Assembly: GCF_006345805.1 (NCBI RefSeq)
Contig: NW_021836438.1
Location: 1-24,468 of the forward strand
Source of the DNA: Octopus sinensis
Lineage: Eukaryota
Direction: 5' to 3'
Length of the DNA stretch: 24,468 nt
In this document: in pieces, positions 1-10,150 of the stretch
Position numbering within the stretch: position 1 is the first letter of the stretch
Layout of the letters: every line of letters starts with the position of its first letter
Position numbers and translations under genes: made by a program
The notes under the pieces: generated by a model
Seen by the model: the letters and a program-made list of their open reading frames with translations, nothing else
What the model was told of the DNA's origin: nothing
Database searches by the model: none

Positions 1-54
1 TTAGCCACTCTGGACTCTGAATCCAGCGATCCGAGTTAAGTCTCGGTAGAACCT
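1..54 (+). tRNA. tRNA-Gln(CTG), 3' portion (5' end outside the window); possibly a pseudogene
   Basis: ttagccactctggactCTGaatccagcgatccgagttaagtctcggtagaacct matches the eukaryotic tRNA-Gln 3' half. Anticodon stem ctgga/tccag with CTG at 17-19; T-stem ccgag/ctcgg. The T-loop lacks the C of TTC, there is an extra C after the D-arm, and the acceptor strand reads tagaacc instead of tggaacc. Confidence 0.8.
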
Positions 55-782
55 ACAAACAAGTTTGTTTATTATTTGTCACATTGAGCCGCTACGTACA
101 ACATTGAAACAAGTAAACACGAAAGATGCCATAAAATAAATAATTCAGTTTCTCGGGTTCTCGCCTCAATTTCAATTTCTATGTGCATATGTATGTTTCC
201 TTAAACATTTAATACTATTGAGAAAGGCATGTACACAACGCAATCCAATTTCCTCTTCTACTCTACACACTCATGTGTGTATAGATATATATATATATAT
301 AGGTATACGTATAAATGGGTCCTGCGTAAGAAATCAATATATTATTTACAGCCCGGGAGGAGTTTTATCGGAGATACAAATATATTCATAATTTCTATTA
401 GATCGATGAGGTTAACTTTTTTAGCTATTGTTCTGTTTTGTTTTGTTTTATTTTATTGTGTAATATTTTACGTTTTCATTTTATATCTTTTCTGTGAATA
501 TTGTCATTGTGAGGATATAAATTCTTTTTTTTTTGTTTAATTTTACTGATAGATTTTTTATAAAGACAAACTGCGGTTACATCAACAATCTATAATCCAA
601 TAAAATGCATACCTGAAGGCGAAATAGAGCTTAACCAAAACTTGCATATCTCTTTGTTATCGAATAAAAATATTTCTCTGGTGTTTCTGGAACAGATTTC
701 TATAGATATAAACTCCCTAAGCAAGTTCCTCAAATCCACAGAACGAATGGTTTCCAGCCATTTAATAACAACGGGTACTCTT

Positions 783-856
783 ACATGTGTGTGTGCGTGC
801 GCGCGCGTCTGTCTATCTATCTATCTATCTATCTTTCTCTATACACACGCGCACGG

Positions 857-894
<38 letters not shown>

Positions 895-917
895 TAGACA
901 GAGACAGACAGACAGAA
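783..917. repeat. Compound microsatellite (GT)n/(GC)n/(CTAT)n/(GA)n/(GACA)n
   Basis: Read directly from the sequence. Confidence 0.95.
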
Positions 918-1195
918 TGCGTATGGCCTATTGGTTAGAGTTTCGGAGACATCATGATTAGATCGTGGTATCAATTCCTGGAATGGGAGGTACGTTGTGC
1001 TTTTTGAGCAAAAACACTTCGTGGCACGTTGCTCTGCAATTATTTCGACACCTGACACCTGACATACATGTGCACCTGTTCAAGCAATGTCGATTTGGTG
1101 AAGAGAGTGAGCTAATGTTTAGCATAAATATCTGATCTCTATAAACAAATCATTTGTGAAGGTTATTCAGCAAGAAATTGTAGAACCGTCTGTCT
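918..1195 (+). mobile_element. Degenerate tRNA-derived SINE with CORE-like segment
   Basis: A-box-like tggcctattggttagag and degenerate B-box ggtatcaattcc, followed by ttgtgctttttgagcaaaaacactt..cacgttgctc, which aligns by eye with the SINE at 1817-2145. Confidence 0.65.
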
Positions 1196-1259
1196 GGGAC
1201 TGCGAGAGTCTACCATCACACGTGCGCACATATAAGAAATACATACTTATACATATATG

Positions 1260-1359
1260 TGTGAGTGAGTATCTTTGAGTATATATATATGCATGAGTAT
1301 ATTTTTTTATGTATGCGTATGTGTGTATATGTATGTACGTATTTATGTATGTGTATATA

Positions 1360-1397
<38 letters not shown>

Positions 1398-1525
1398 CAT
1401 ATATATATATATATTATATATATACATACATATATATATCTACATACATATATATATATATATACATACATATATATATATATACATATATATATACATA
1501 CATATATATATATATACATACATAT

Positions 1526-1560
<35 letters not shown>

Positions 1561-1589
1561 GATAGATAGATAGATAGATATATATAAAA

Positions 1590-1624
<35 letters not shown>

Positions 1625-1625
1625 C

Positions 1626-1658
<33 letters not shown>

Positions 1659-1757
1659 GATATATATATAAAAGTATATATATATATATATACCAATTAA
1701 GGACTGAACACGAAAAGTGGACGGTCTTAATTGATAAATATCAATTTCTACCCTTAA

Positions 1758-1808
<51 letters not shown>

Positions 1809-1816
1809 ATATATAT
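1260..1816. repeat. (TA)n/(TACA)n/(GATA)n microsatellite block
   Basis: Read directly; interrupted by a unique insert at 1693-1765. Confidence 0.95.
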
Positions 1817-2145
1817 GCTGAGACCCCCTTCAGTCATGACTGACCATGGGATTGCACCTAGGAAGGTACCCTCCCAGGCACAAGTCCGGGCAAGGTTGTT
1901 TATCGAAGATCAGCAGTCACCCATGCATACCAGCTTCCCCTCTCCACGCCACCGATGTTATCCAACGGAATGGCAAAGGCCGATACAGCTTGGCACCAGT
2001 GACGTTGCAACACATTTCTACAGCTGAGTGGACTGGAGCAACGTGAAATAAAGTGTCTTGCTCAAGAACACAACTCGCAGCCCTGTCCGGGATTCGAACT
2101 GACAACCTCGCGATCGTAAGCTCAACGCTCTAACCACTGAGCCAT
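1817..2145 (-). mobile_element. tRNA-derived CORE-type SINE
   Basis: Minus strand: A-box tggctcagtggttagagcg, B-box agttcgaatccc, CORE-like gtgttcttgagcaagacactttatttcacgttgctccagtccactcagctg, then a 3' tail running into (TA)n. Confidence 0.85.
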
Positions 2146-2319
2146 ATATAAGTAAAAAGTTTGTTATTGGCAAGTATAAGATAAAATCCTATATAAAATA
2201 CTACTAACAATTAGAAAAATTGAGAAGAGAACATGTTAAAAGTTCAAATTAAAATTTAATTTCCACATACGACCGTTTCAAATGGTAATACAAACATGTA
2301 AGAAAAAACATTAATTATG

Positions 2320-2380
<61 letters not shown>

Positions 2381-2385
2381 TAATA
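2320..2385. repeat. (TAA)n microsatellite
   Basis: Read directly; continues at 2501-2521 after the insert. Confidence 0.95.
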
Positions 2386-2501
2386 ACACTTTCCATACAA
2401 TAACCATCAGAGCATCACAACAAATCACAGCACATACCCAAGGCACACAGAGCTGCGCTCGGTAGTGAAGTGAAAGCACGCTATAAAAATAAAACTACTG
2501 A
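2386..2501 (+). mobile_element. Severely 5'-truncated R4/Dong-type retrotransposon (last codons plus 3' UTR) in (TAA)n
   Basis: Homologous to the 3' end of the RLE element at 24115-24230 and differs by 2 substitutions from the reverse complement of 24373-24468. Flanked by (TAA)n on both sides. Confidence 0.85.
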
Positions 2502-2765
2502 ATAATAATAATAATAATAATTAAAATGGTTATTTATTACCATTCTCGTCAGTTTAAAAAATTAAAAGAAAACATCAAAGAAGGTATTACCGAAAGAGTG
2601 GAAAAAGAATTAGATACAGGAACATGTTAATGTATTTACGAGTCTATCGGTGAAATAAACTATAACTGTTGTGGCCAATCGATATTTTTAAATATAAGTA
2701 GGAAAAAACCGAGGTAAGAGGTAAGGAATGGAGTAGATAATGTCCGGGCTACGTATGTTTCATAA

Positions 2766-3512
2766 CAAGCAGAACCTAAGAAATGGTAGATGTTCAAGCG
2801 AGACCATTTGCAAAATGGTAGATGTTCAAGCGAGACCATTTGCAAAACGAGACCCTTTTAATTTTGCTCAGATTGCTTTCAATTTTGGTGTATCGATGCA
2901 ACTCTGAATTTTGATTACGATCAGCTAATTACTTTATTTCGTAAATTAAAGAACCTGATGTTACTTGAAATTAAAATTGCGAAATTGGGTAATTTCAGCC
3001 AATCAACAGAAAGCGGGGAATTAGCAGCTTGTTACCATCACAACCGCACGCTGTGTTGTGGTTCACTGTTGTCTGTGCCGCACGCTGTTCTATGTTGATT
3101 TTTCACCCCTGATTCTTACCACGAGATTATTTTCACCCGTGTGTTTTGTTTTAATTTTTCTCAGTGTTAGTATATTACATATTTCTGGGCTTTTTCTGTG
3201 TGTTAGTATTTTTACGTATTTTTCATTTCATATATTTTTGGAACACATTGACTCAAATAGCTGCATTTATGATTTCACTAGGTTAATTCAATTCATAAAA
3301 ATTTTAATTAGCAGTATTTCTTAAACCGTTAGCTTTACATTTCAACAGCTTGACTGCAATTTCGCCCACGTAACTGGAACTGAGACGGATATCCCGTGGA
3401 ACAGAGAAACTGGGTGATACAAATAATTTGACATTATTTTTGAATTCTGTTTGCAAAAACATATAAGATACGAGCATTTTTTCCCTTGGGACAAATTCTT
3501 TATTGACCAGTG
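2766..3512. mobile_element. Possible non-autonomous DNA transposon (Chapaev3-like termini)
   Basis: Right end ...ttgaccagtg|tta (CACTG on minus), left end taa|caagcagaacc. TWA-type flanks that are not identical. Subterminal sequence resembles elements recalled from memory; no ORF. Confidence 0.35.
2781..2844 (+). repeat. Perfect 32-bp tandem duplication
   Basis: aaatggtagatgttcaagcgagaccatttgca occurs twice (2781-2812, 2813-2844). Confidence 0.95.
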
Positions 3513-3589
3513 TTATTCTTATCGTAGTTTAGAAATCCAAGCATGGAAACGTTACTCAACTTTGGAGTTTTGGAGACAGATGCCCCTTT

Positions 3590-3607
3590 CACACACACAC
3601 ATACACA

Positions 3608-3652
<45 letters not shown>

Positions 3653-3668
3653 ACACATACACACACAT
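3590..3668. repeat. (CA)n microsatellite
   Basis: Read directly from the sequence. Confidence 0.95.
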
Positions 3669-6668
3669 GAATGCATAAGTGTACATATAAACTTATATTT
3701 GAATGCATACATCCACATGCAATTTTTTATTAATGCTGTACACAAATACATGACAGGTATACATAATACTGAAATACACATAAAGTAAACACATGCAAAC
3801 AAATATATTAATATAACAAATTTTAAAGAATAATAAAAAACATACACTCAATGAAGAGGTAAAAGAAACAGTAAGATGACACGTGTTGATTTTATTAGGC
3901 ATTTCTGTTTATTTAGAAACCTACAATGAACAGGTCATGTCACAGACACTAAGCTATAAGTTGACACCAGTACGCTAAGCGCAGAACATTTCTGTCTCGC
4001 TATTAGCTAAAAATACAGAGTTTTTCTGATCTTTAAACCTCTGTAACTTTTTCTCCAATTTTTTTTTCTTCACATCATAGCTTCATAGCAATGAGACTGG
4101 AAGACTACATTATTATACCCGATTTCCAGATTTTTTTACTTCCTTTTAAAAAAATGCGTATTTTGTGAATGAAAAAAAAAACTAGATCCCAAAGTCGTTT
4201 CCTCAATAGTTTACCAATGCCTTCAATACTAACATTTGCATAGATGCAAAGCCTCTATAAAATATGTCATTCATGTTTTTATACTTAAGGGACACTCCAT
4301 GCCATTGAATTTTATGCCATCTTCTTCACAGCTAAGTCCACAAATGAGTGAGTCAGCCATTTCTTATTTATTTGTCATTAGTCTTCTCTTGAAGTAGTTC
4401 ATTTGGTAACTACAATTCCGATAGACGATCAGCTTATAAGTTCGCTTCCTGTAAGTAGTTTGTCTTTTTTCTTATGGCACATTTTAACTACGACTACATT
4501 TGCCAATCTGTCCATTTTAAAAACAATATGGTGCGGTTTAAGAGAAAGCTCACTTCTTTCTCTAATAGGTCGAGCAAAAGTGTAGATAGTTCCCTCTCTT
4601 ACCGGCAGTAGATAAATATTTAGCCTATATTTTCCAATTCATTGAACTGGCTAATTAGAATTCGAACCGTTTTTGCAGGAACACAGGGCACCTTAGCTGG
4701 GAAATGAACTGTAGACATTTTCGACCGGTTAGCTGACATCTTATCGACATGTTTAGTTACAGATCTGTACACATATAGAAATTTGTAATTAAATTCGTTC
4801 TGAACCAAACAGCGTGTGGAATTTTATTATATTAGAAACACTTGTCAAAACCGATGTTATATCAAGTCGTGATTGATAAATGTATAATAGCGTACTCAAA
4901 AGAATATTGACAATGCTCAGCGATTCAACGATAATAACACACGAGAACATTTAGCAGGAGAAAGAAGGTAAGTAGTAATAATATTAATTTTCATGTCGGA
5001 TGAAGTCACTGAAAATGTTGGTTTTATTCATTGATAAAAATGTCCGTGGCATCTGGCTATGGTTTTACACTCATTAGTAATATTTTTAGGTTCGTTTAAC
5101 CCTCAATGAAAACAACACACTTTATTAATCACGATTGCAAATATTAACTCGATGTGAACAGAAGAGGAAATTTCATTATAAATAAAAATGCCTTGTCAAA
5201 CTCGACCAGTGTTGTTTAATCAATATAAATCGTTCGTTTTGGTGGGTGTTATTAAAAAGGCTTTGGGGTATACAAGAAATCTTTATTTATAAGAAATAAA
5301 GATACCAAACTTAGCGGTGTTTTTGTTTTCACATCGATTAGCAAGCAATTTCAGTTTTACCGTTGTTATAATTTGTATTTATATATATATCAACCATTAA
5401 TAACGCTCTCCAAATTCTCAAAAACCCTTTCTAATGATAGGTTTCTAATCGACTGAAAATTAAAATGGCCTCAATACGTACAATAACCGAATTATTTGCT
5501 TTTCTTGTAACATCGGCCTCCTGTATATAATTTAGAAAGACAGTATGAAGTTTAATATAAATTCATTCAAGGTCCTAAGTCTTTCTAATCTTTCTTTTTA
5601 ATCTTTCTCTTAACAATATTTATTTAAACGTTATTTCCTTATTGCTTTTTTAAAGGTGCTTAAGTTTTACGGAGTTCTTAAAATATCTTCTTTTCTTTAT
5701 CTTATAGGCAGCATTGATATAAACTAAAGATAAATATTTGTTTATTCCTCATAGGTAAACATATTTAAGCTGAAATTTGACTCTAATCTGATTCTTTCTT
5801 TATCACACACTTAAGTACAATAAACATAGCAATTACTTGAGTCTTTCTTGTTCAGACATGTCAGTCAATTGCGTCTCAGACCCATTTAAAGGGAGGGCGT
5901 AAATAGTTTTATCCCCTACACTGAAGACTCCGTTGATATATTAAAATTATTTTCTTTTTCTTACAAAGAGAACAAAGGAGATTTTGTGATATTTCTAAAG
6001 AGTATAAAAGAATTAAATCAAGTATAGTGGGAATAGAAACGGGCTTCTGGAACTAAGACAGCAGAACTTAGTACTTGCTCTATGGTGCTCGTTACTATAT
6101 TTAATATGGGTTTCTTTTAAGTCAGGCTAAAGGTTATGGGAAACAAACATGTGGTGTGACATTAATAACTACTCCAATGGCATTAGCTTCTCCTTAATCG
6201 GTTAATATGAATGACTTACGTGATTATGTAAGATCGTGACCTGTGCATTTTATTTAGTTTTATTTCAGCTAATATTAGCTCAAGCTATACTACGAATCGT
6301 TTTGCTTGAGGAAGGCACAAATAGCCCAAAAGCACACTCTCCCCAATGTCTTAAAAAATTACGTTATGTGTTTTCCACACGGCACACGAAAGTACACAAT
6401 CACGGTACTGTACCGAACACGCACGAAATTACAACACATAATATGAGTGTCACATGTGAAAAAGCAGTAGAATTGACTTTCTAGTTTTAAAAGTTGTTGT
6501 GGGTCCTATGGTCACTAACAAAATAAAAGGAAAGAGACAAAACCTGAAATAAGCTAATTTGTCAGTGATGGTCATATTCGACTAAAGCGTCAACATACAT
6601 GCGTAGATACAGACACACGCACACACACATATTAAGAAAAAAGGAGGCAGTCAGAATTTTGGATTATA

Positions 6669-6764
6669 TTAGCTGTTTCGTTCGTTTAACTGAATTCTTC
6701 AACGATAAAACCATTTTGGTTTTTTATTGTCTTGAAGAGTTCGGTTAAACAAGCGAAAGCGCTA
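6669..6764. repeat. Fold-back inverted repeat made of two diverged HHR-like copies
   Basis: Minus ttgaagaattcagttaaacgaacgaaacagcta (6702-6670) versus plus ttgaagagttcggttaaacaagcgaaagcgcta (6732-6764). The spacer ataaaaccattttggttttttat is itself a hairpin. Confidence 0.7.
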
Positions 6765-6776
6765 TATAAAGGATGT

Positions 6777-7406
6777 AATGTTCTGCATACTTTATATATA
6801 ATAAATACATTACTAGCAGGGAGAGAGTACTCCTACTAACACTCCATAAGCTAACAGGAACTAGGAACAGGAACTGGCCCAGTTTCGAGCTAGTTGGCTC
6901 TTCGCCAGGCACGCGTACCTGCGCAATGGGGTGATACCTAAGATCCACTTCTGACAGCAACATACTGTAATCAAAGTGGTCACTGATTTGCAACCAGCAA
7001 TGTAGCTAGTTATTAAATCTCAAGACGAGATAGTGTACTAACGTGTACTAAACAGTAAATCGAGTTGTCACATAAACGTAGCAGATGAATGTTACCACCA
7101 GTTTAACCCCAGGCAGATTCTCCACTAGCTGGTTTTCGATGCAATGTTCTGCATCCTTTATATAAAATACATCGCTAGCTTGAAACCGGGCCAGTCCCAC
7201 GTTCCTGTTAGCTGATAATGTGTTAGTAGGGGTTCGCTCCCCCTGCTAGCGATGTAACATATATAAAGGATGCAGAACGTTCCATCGAAAACCAGTTGGC
7301 GGAGAATCTGCCTGAGGTTAAACTAGTAGTAACATTCACCTGCCACTTTGATGTGGCAACTCGATTTACTGTTCAGTACACGTTACTACTGTATCTCGTC
7401 TTGAGA
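6777..7406 (-). mobile_element. Non-autonomous PLE-like structure: partial tandem of a ~366-bp unit plus an inverted copy
   Basis: Inverted arms at 7018-7179 and 7245-7406. 6777-6891 is also the reverse complement of about 7175-7281. aatgttctgcat recurs at 6777 and 7143. Degenerate HHR-like motif on minus at 6874-6908. Confidence 0.6.
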
Positions 7407-7780
7407 CTATATTTATTAGTATTATTTGCATAAATATCATATTATCACTATCGTTATTTTAACTAGTATAACTACTAAACATGTTTCCTTAAATCATTTA
7501 AACGCATATTTAATCCAGAGTGGACATCTGATAGCCTGTTCGTGTCTAGTGTGTACAAAAGTAAATTTAGAAGTCAAAGCTTAGCACATTTCTTCCAAAC
7601 AAAGGTCACCTCTATTATCAACTATTCTAGAAGGTTTCATTTTACTAATTATTTCCCAAGGAATCGAAAACAATTTGTTCGTAACTTTTAGTGCCGAAAT
7701 TAGCTTACTAAGGCTAGTAGTAGTCATTTTTTTTTTACCTATTACTAAGCCAACTTAAATTATTGGCAATTCTCTACTTA

Positions 7781-7882
7781 ATATAACACGAGCTAGCTTA
7801 TACATACATACATACATATATAAATAATTATATATATGTATATATATATATATATGAGCTAGCTCATGTTATGTATATATAT

Positions 7883-7926
<44 letters not shown>

Positions 7927-7927
7927 A
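7781..7927. repeat. (TA)n/(TACA)n tract with inverted flanks
   Basis: ataacacgagctagcttat ... atgagctagctcatgttat are near reverse complements around the first TA tract. Confidence 0.8.
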
Positions 7928-8384
7928 CAAACAAGGAGAGCATTGAACTTAAGTTTACCAAAATCCCTAGCACGAAAGAACTATCTAACAATACATAAAG
8001 CTAAGGTTGATTCCGACTGAGATACAACGCCGTGGCCAGACCAGACGGACAGAGATTAAATACTGATACCGCAGCCGCTCAGGCAAGAAACCTGTATAGG
8101 ACAGCAATACCAGAAGTGTAGCGTGGACTCTTGATTGTCCTGTGAAATAGCCAATAGGTTTGCTTATTTCTTTCAAGTAGCATTCCTTCGACTACAACAA
8201 ACGCAAAACATGTAAAGTGGCCGTCATCTGCGGCCCGCCTCAGCTCGCGTAGCCTGCATGAGCCACACTACACAACCGAGTGATTTACTTTCTATAAAGC
8301 GACTCGTAAATTTACATACGGAATATCATCAACGATATTAAATGACAGCCTATCTTGATAATAATGGTAATGATGATGGCATTA

Positions 8385-8395
8385 TAGTGATAATT

Positions 8396-8428
<33 letters not shown>

Positions 8429-8500
8429 TTATCTCTCTCTCTCTCTCCTCTCTCTCTCTCTTTCTCTCTCTGTATGCACACACACACACATACACACATG
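8385..8500. repeat. (GAT)n/(CT)n/(CA)n compound microsatellite
   Basis: Read directly from the sequence. Confidence 0.95.
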
Positions 8501-8738
8501 GTCGTGGGTATGCGTGTGCGTGTATTTGAAAAAGTATGATAAGCACATGATGCAGTTTCCTCCATTTGATCCTATGCACGATCGGTTATTGTGGCTATTT
8601 TGATCCTCGGCAATGAATATTCTTAGAGAAATTATATGTTGATCCCCAATGCTACTTTAACGGAACGCTTTAGTACCAATGCATGTATGTCTAACCGATG
8701 TACATCTATGTATATATATATATATAAATATATACAAG

Positions 8739-8784
<46 letters not shown>

Positions 8785-8787
<3 letters not shown>

Positions 8788-9285
8788 GGAGTCGAACGAC
8801 GATTTAACAAAATTCCTTTATTCTCGACATATGTTTCGAAGACTGCATATTCTCAATTCCGAAGGAATAAAAGGTGCATTATGCCGCCTTCTCATCAGGA
8901 AAGACAAGAAACTTATGTCAGCATCATGACGAACAAAAACTTTTAGATGACTTCCCACACGGCGTCCATAGTGATAATGAGTGTTTCTATAAAATATTCC
9001 GTTATAAGCAGTGACGTCAAATTTGGTTGGATGGAGGAGATTCTAAAAAGTTCAAGAGTTCAAAAATGGTTGGAAGGGGAAAGTTCTAAGAATAGGAGGG
9101 TGACAGAGAGCAAGTCATATGTATGGTGATGCGTTGTTGTTTGCTTTTGCTAATGAGATTGAGTGCCTATGTGTATGTATGTATATAACTGCATTCGTGT
9201 CTATATGTGTGTATGTGTGTGCGTGATTGTGTGTGTGGGGGGATAAATGCCAAATACATCTAGTGGTGAAGTGACAGGTTTGTGT
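8785..9285 (-). mobile_element. PLE-like terminal (pLTR) relic between (TA)n tracts
   Basis: Unique sequence bounded by TA tracts, with an HHR motif about 40 nt from the left boundary. No RT or GIY-YIG coding sequence seen. Confidence 0.5.
8815..8910 (-). ncRNA. Minimal type-I hammerhead ribozyme with canonical core
   Basis: Minus: tttc-CTGATGA-gaaggcggcata-[30 nt loop]-tatgcagtcttc-GAAAC-atat-GTC-gaga. Stem II pairs at 11 of 12 positions; stem III ACATATGT is palindromic; GUC site with predicted cut between 8826 and 8825. Confidence 0.8.
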
Positions 9286-9295
9286 ATATACATAA

Positions 9296-9328
<33 letters not shown>

Positions 9329-9400
9329 ATATATATAATATATATATATATGGAAAAAAATGTCAAGATAGGAAATGCTAAAATAACTATATAAAAAACA

Positions 9401-9442
9401 TTTCAGTACCGGTTTCAGTCATTGAGACTTTTTCAACTGAAA
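9401..9442 (-). ncRNA. Minimal type-I hammerhead ribozyme with U3-A8 core variant
   Basis: Minus: tttcag-TTGAAAA-agtc-tcaat-gact-GAAAC-cg-GTA-ctgaaa. Perfect 6-bp stem I, perfect 4-bp stem II, palindromic ACCGGT stem III, GUA site. Confidence 0.75.
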
Positions 9443-9696
9443 GTATGGAAAGCAATTAAATTTTGGAAGTTAAATTATAAGGCACAAAAAGAAAATTATT
9501 CTCCCCAGATATAACAGAATATGTTTCAATACTCGAACTCATATAAAGAATCTTGGAAACCAAATCCCAAAACGAAATACACACACACACGCACAAACAC
9601 ACACACCATATTATATATATATATATATATAATATATATATATATATACACGCACACACACACATATATATATATATATACATCCAGTCAGCTATC

Positions 9697-9724
9697 CATT
9701 GTTGTACTATTCAAAACTTTTTAT

Positions 9725-9792
<68 letters not shown>

Positions 9793-9832
9793 AAGATAGA
9801 GAGAATAAAAAGTTTTGAATGGTACAACAATG
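9697..9832. repeat. Inverted repeat centred on (CT)n(TA)n(GA)n
   Basis: cattgttgtactattcaaaactttttattctct versus agagaataaaaagttttgaatggtacaacaatg: one mismatch. Confidence 0.9.
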
Positions 9833-9879
9833 CACTATAATACAGACAATGGGCTATATAACTGTTGTAATTTAGTCTG

Positions 9880-9938
9880 ATATATATTTATATTTATATA
9901 TGTATATATATACATGTATATATATACATGTATGTATG

Positions 9939-9969
<31 letters not shown>

Positions 9970-10023
9970 ATATATATAATATATATATATATAATATATA
10001 TATATATAATATATATACACACT

Positions 10024-10094
<71 letters not shown>

Positions 10095-10150
10095 TATATA
10101 TACATGTATACATATGCATACACACATATTATATACATATATTCATATAT
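9880..10150. repeat. (TA)n microsatellite block
   Basis: Read directly from the sequence. Confidence 0.95.

Larger units (their letters stand above)
2255..2567 (-). ncRNA. Split type-I hammerhead ribozyme motif (PLE-type), interrupted in the stem-II loop
   Basis: Minus strand: CTGACGA (2552-2546), gaatggtaata (2545-2535) ... tattaccattt (2290-2280), GAAAC-ggtc-GTA (2279-2268). Stem II is 11 bp; stem I is imperfect. Confidence 0.55.

Noticed and set aside
1167-1696. Many YIYI/HTHT/VCVC ORFs here and at 3451-3902, 9115-10618, 14806-15171 and 16623-19166
   Set aside because: Translations of dinucleotide microsatellites that lack stop codons.
2781-2844. 32-bp repeat with internal palindrome resembling a CRISPR repeat
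   Set aside because: Two adjacent copies with no spacer, no cas genes, and a eukaryotic context.
4200-4810. Short ORFs as a possible transposase or host exon
   Set aside because: No recognisable motif and multiple stops.
5390-5525. ...ggcctcctgta end resembling a Tc1/mariner-type MITE terminus
   Set aside because: No matching opposite TIR found in the window.
6236-6484. ORF with hydrophobic N-terminus
   Set aside because: Non-ATG start and no recognisable domain; the acceptor-like site near 6269 is unsupported.
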